A stretch of DNA of 64,000 nucleotides from Eledone cirrhosa (taxonomy: Eukaryota). The position numbers and the translations under genes are program-made. How positions within the stretch are numbered: position 1 is the stretch's first letter; each line of letters opens with the position of its first letter. Where the stretch lies: contig OZ024741.1 in NCBI GenBank assembly GCA_964016885.1, positions 226,176,001 through 226,240,000 on the forward strand, read 5' to 3'. Positions 59,271-64,000 of the stretch are shown in pieces. The notes below the pieces were generated by a model. The model was not told the DNA's origin and ran no database searches. It worked only from the letters and a program-made list of their open reading frames with translations.

Positions 59271-61014
59271 CTAAGTGTGTTTTATAAATGTTGACATAGC
59301 CAAGGAACATACCTTAACGGTTGAAATTTTCCTTGGATAGTGGACTTAGAGACAGATTTTTCAAAATTGCTAAGATGAGTATGCAAATGAATGAGTAAAT
59401 GAGGTTGAGGTAAATGTTTGAAAAAAACGTTATTTTAGACGCTATGGACAATTTAGATATGTGTTTGTATTAGTAGGAAAGAAAGAAAAGGAAGAAAAAG
59501 AGAAAAGGATAAAGGAAAAAAAGAAAAAAGAAAAAAGAAAAGAAGACCTTATATTTACGTTAATTTGGGGGGAAAAATTTGAATATTTACCTATATATAC
59601 TTACCTATATTTACTGTATATACTTATATGGAGAATTATGTTTGTAAGTATTTATCTTATTACAATTTTGTAGTAGGTTATATGTATAGATATCTGTATG
59701 TATTAATAATTGCATATGTATTAAAGAGATATAGAAAATTTATAATTATTAGTTGTTTATAATATGAGTCACGAGGGAAGTTGATTTTGTATTTTATGTA
59801 GTTAAATAGGTATTTCCAGTTATGCATAAATATCTGTATATATTAATAATTGCATATGTGTTAGTATTAAAGAGATATAGAAAATTTACAATTATTAGTT
59901 GTTTATAATACGAGTTACGAGGGTAGTTGATTTTGTGTTTTAAGTAAATAAATAGGTATTTCAAGTTATGAGATGAGAACAATTTGAATAATTTGTTCAA
60001 CATTGAAAATGTTTTCATAATATTGTTAATTTACACGATTGAGAAAGGAAAGATAACTCCTATTTTGTTTGTTAATCGATAAATTTGAAGAGTTAGTATG
60101 AGATTAATTATTTTTGTCGAAAGATGTGTGAATGTTTGAAAATCAAAAAGAGGAGATATGTACTGTGCTTATCTAAGACACTGTCGTGAAGAGGATACAT
60201 TTTTTTTTATGTCAGTTAATGATTACAAATCTACATCTAAAAAATATATCTTTAGAGGGTGTCATGAGAAAAATAATAATGTAAGAATTAAAAAATAATA
60301 ATGTAAAAATTAAAAATTAAAAATTAAAAATTAAAAATTAAAAATTAAAAGTTAAAATTATATACATACACATATATATAAATATATATATTGTTATACT
60401 TTGGGAGGGTCATGTTGCCAATAAGAAACACACAACATGACCCTCCCAAAGTATAACAATATCGGTTTCAACACACGATTTCAGATAAAGAATCTTGCTA
60501 AACAAATTCAGAAACGAAATAAATATATATACATATACATATATTAGAAGAAATTTTTTGATGAAAGGTTACAAATATTAGAGATATTCACATTTAGAAA
60601 TAATAAAATATTAAAAATATTAATAATTTTAAATTGTTAAAGCGGATAGGATCATTTTGAAGGATTATAGGAATATTATAAATTAAACATAGTTCAGAAC
60701 GTGGAATTTTGGCGATGTCTGCAAGAAGAAAATAACTCTGTCCTGAAATTTTTTTCTTTTTTCTTTTTTTCTTTTTCTATTTTTCTTCCTGTTCTTTCTT
60801 TCCTACTAATACAAATCTAATACATAACTAAATTCTCCATAGCGTCTAAAATAATGTTTTTTTTCAAACATTTACCTCAACCTCATTTACATATTCATTT
60901 GCATACTCATCTTAACAATTTTGAAAAATTTCTCTCTAAGTCCACTATCCAAGGAAAATTTAAACCGTTAAGGTATGTTCTTTGGCTATGTCAAAATTTA
61001 TAAAACACACTTTG

Positions 61015-61076
61015 TATTTTATCTGATGAAAGCGTACCAAAGATTTTGGTACCCTTGAAATATATATAATAGAATA
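61015..61076 (+). ncRNA. Type I hammerhead ribozyme
   Basis: tattttat-CTGATGA-aagcgtaccaaa gat tttggtaccctt-GAAA-tatata-TA-atagaata. Confidence 0.9.
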
Positions 61077-61214
61077 AATATGGTTTTATAAATATAGTTT
61101 TCATTTATTTAATATCATTGAATATTATACTACAGAAAATCGGTCGAGTGCTCTGAATCAGTTATAAACATTTGTATTTGTTGAATTACCAACAAATTGA
61201 ATATCCCTTCTGCT

Positions 61215-61310
<96 letters not shown>

Positions 61311-62093
61311 TGTGTGTATATATATGTGTGTGTGTGCGTGTGTGTGAGTGTAAGAGAAGAAATAAACTTATCCTTATTATGTAGGCTAATTCACGTGGTA
61401 TATATATCATAAACACATACAAGGCCTTAAACACATACAAAGCCTTCAGCTATGAATATTGGAATCTGATGACGTATCGCTAGATATACTAAAAACTCAT
61501 ACTTATATTTATACAGCTATGTTAAAACAAACACCCTAATTCCATTTTCCGTTCGAGCCGGCAGACAGCTCTGTATGCAAATGAGGTTAATCAGACCATG
61601 TACATATTAAATGAGAAGGGTAAGGGAGCACTGTTTTCATAACGACTAGAGTCAGAAAAGATGATCGTCGTCGACGGTTCCCCATCCTTGCTTCTGCTGA
61701 AATCCGCCAGATGGCACTACATCATCAGTTTCCATAATTCTATTAAGATAATCGTCATGAACAACAGAATCATCAGATATACACACGTTTAGTTTCCTCA
61801 ATAGATACACGTGTAGTTTTTATGTGGCAGTCTTTAAAGTGAATATATATATATATTGGTGATAGATGTTGTTCATTGATCATGCGAGAAGAAGAAGAAG
61901 AAGAAGAAGAAGAAGAAGAAGAAGAAGAAGAAGAAGAAGAAGAAGGAGGAGGAGGTAGGTTGAAAATGGGAAGGTCAATGAAAATTCGGAGATTAAAGCA
62001 TTTTTTTGCGTAGGACGTTACAATTAATAAACGATAAGATAAAACATTTTGTAAACATAGACACCATTTATTTTTACATTTAACGAGTTATGC

Positions 62094-62141
<48 letters not shown>

Positions 62142-62233
62142 CGAAGGAAATGTGGTAAGGAACCAGGTGGACCATAACGCACCAAAGTACTCAATACTTA
62201 GGGTAGTAGAGTGGGTAATAGAAACGAGTAGGG

Positions 62234-62327
62234 CCCCGACGGCTGAGCTCAAACCGTTTCGACGGCTAATTCTGAACTAAATGAAAATGTTTATCCTGGT
62301 ATATGAATAGCCGAGCTTCTCAGGGGG
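62234..62327 (-). ncRNA. Type I hammerhead with extended stems (family G), one core mismatch
   Basis: cccc-CTGAGAA-..cggctattc..gaattagccg..-GAAA-cggtttgagctcagccg-TC-gggg. Confidence 0.6.
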
Positions 62328-62419
62328 TAATTCCATATATGGTAAAAGTGATTGTCACAAGGATTGGTCAAAAGTTTGTTGTTGAGACACATAATTCTAT
62401 CATGGCAATTTGTGAAAGG

Positions 62420-63490
62420 GTACAATCCCAGTAGTACAGACTGGGTCCGTAAACAATTAATCAGCTTCTTCCGCGACTGGGGATTTAAAATAACCCTACA
62501 AACGTCCCTGACCCGAGTAAACTTCCTGGACGTTACCCTTGACCTCGATAATGATCTGTACTACCCATACAGGAAACCCAACGACAACCTGCACTACATC
62601 CACCACCGGTCAAACCATTCTAGGAACATCACCAATAACCTGGTTAAAAACATCTCCCTCCGCATATCTCGTTTGTCCGCTAATGAGCAGATATTCGAGG
62701 AACATGCGCCTTATTACAACCAGGCCCTCAAGCGGAGTGGTGTCCAGCTTCCATTAGCGGAACCAGCAGGCGAAACCGCCGCTCACGCAATGTAACATAG
62801 TTCAATCCTCCCCACAACGCCGAGGTGACAACTCCTATCGGGAAAATCATCTTTAGGCTCATTGAAAAACACTTCCCACTACAACACCGCTACCACAACA
62901 TAATTAACAAAAATACCACCAAACTCTCCTACAGCACCACACCAAACTTTGCACAAAACATCGTCTCCTCTAACAACAAAAAACTCAACCCCTATGTAAG
63001 AAATAACCTAAATAGCAGTGGAGAGCCGACCAGGAGGTGCAACTGTCCTGGTGGATCCATTTTCCCCCTCGACAACAGATGCAGAGATCGTAATGTGATC
63101 TACCAATGTAACGTGAGGACGGACACCTCCAATAAAGCTTATATAGGATTAACCGCATGTGACTTCAAGACCCGGCTATACCAACAGAGACATACCTTCC
63201 GAAACCCGGCCCGGCGTCACGCCACTACACTTTCGGGCCACATCTGGGACCTCAAGGATAACAATATTACCTATGGTCTCACTTGGAGCTTACTGTCCAG
63301 AGCCAACTCTTACACGGGAGGACGCCGTCCGTGCAATTTATGCTCGGAGGAAACTTTAGAAATGCTGTTTTCGACGGACCAACTCCTAAACAAGAAAGAT
63401 GAACTGGTAACTGCATGCAAACACAGATTGCGTAGGACTTACCTCGCCCTCAAACCCCATAATGACCCGGGGGGGGAGACAAGGCTATAA
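62420..63490 (+). mobile_element. Penelope-like element, RT C-terminus plus GIY-YIG endonuclease, frameshifted
   Basis: VNFLDVTLDL..PYRKPND..YIHHRSNH, then CNC..PLDNRC, NVIYQC..AYIGLT..FKTR, TTLSGHIW, CNLCSEE..LLNK..CKH. Cys pattern suggests the Naiad-like group (inference). Confidence 0.9.
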
Positions 63491-63867
63491 CACCCTACTT
63501 GTCGACTTTGTAATGGGTAACCCCCGCTTGCAAAGGTAGTCGTAAGATCTTCTTTTATATCTTTTTATCGCTTCCTCTATATTTCCTTCTTCCCTCCATC
63601 CCTCCCTAGTCCTTCCACCCCAGTCCTCTTTCTTTGTCGTCGTCCTTTTCAGTTTCTCGCCCACCCGAGGCAGCCCCTCGGTCCTTTGTAGCCTCAGTAC
63701 CCCCACCCCCTTCCCCTATTCTAGGATAGAATTGGCCGACTCCGCTTGTTATAGCAGATGTGATAGACCCCGGATACTTGCTTTCTTATCCGATGGCTGC
63801 CTTTTTTCCGTGCTTTATACATTTCTTAGTGGTATCTTTGCTTTAATTTCTCGTATATCAGTATTTA

Positions 63868-63899
<32 letters not shown>

Positions 63900-64000
63900 G
63901 TTCTAAAATAATTTTCCGTATCAAATTTTTCATATACTTCGTACGAGCATTTATGTAGTTTGCACTAGAATTTTTGTATCGTAGCGGCACCCTTAGAGAT

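Larger units (their letters stand above)
59170..61115. mobile_element. PLE-type element with ~360-bp inverted, HHR-bearing terminal repeats (~59170-59540 and ~60760-61115)
   Basis: The arms are diverged reverse complements. Internal ~100-bp duplication (59691 and 59831) and a nested mini-element at ~60390-60520. Confidence 0.8.

Noticed and set aside
59960-60200. Penelope N-terminal ORF remnant between the inverted arms
   Set aside because: Only a weak, frameshifted SFLNR-like echo; not supportable without a search.
62825-63490. Selenocysteine-encoding (Naiad-type UGA/SECIS) Penelope
   Set aside because: Conserved Cys positions here and at 18900-19000 are TGC/TGT (one TTC), with no in-frame TGA. 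No convincing SECIS was seen downstream.

Overview
AT-rich, microsatellite-saturated eukaryotic intergenic or intronic DNA. The repeat families suggest an octopod cephalopod genome (inference). No host protein-coding exon can be supported, and most ORFs in the track are translations of (TA)n, (CA)n or (TACA)n. The window is mostly mobile DNA: Tx1/L1, Dong/R4, RTE, CR1 and I-like LINE remnants, Penelope-like element (PLE) RT/GIY-YIG fragments, a hAT transposon with intact TIRs, a complete non-autonomous Helitron, a MITE, an LTR and many tRNA-derived SINEs. The most notable signal is a dense set of type I hammerhead ribozymes (HHR): seven with complete or near-canonical cores, two cut off at stem III and several decayed ones. 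They sit in small fold-back or partial-tandem PLE-like mini-elements inserted in (TA)n. In one family stem III plus the cleavage site reads TATATATA, and two copies stop at that site and run into a (TA)n tract. Element families also appear to partition among microsatellite types: PLE/HHR in (TA)n, Dong/R4 in (TACA)n, Tx1 in (TATC)n. All coordinates and structures were read by eye and need computational confirmation.
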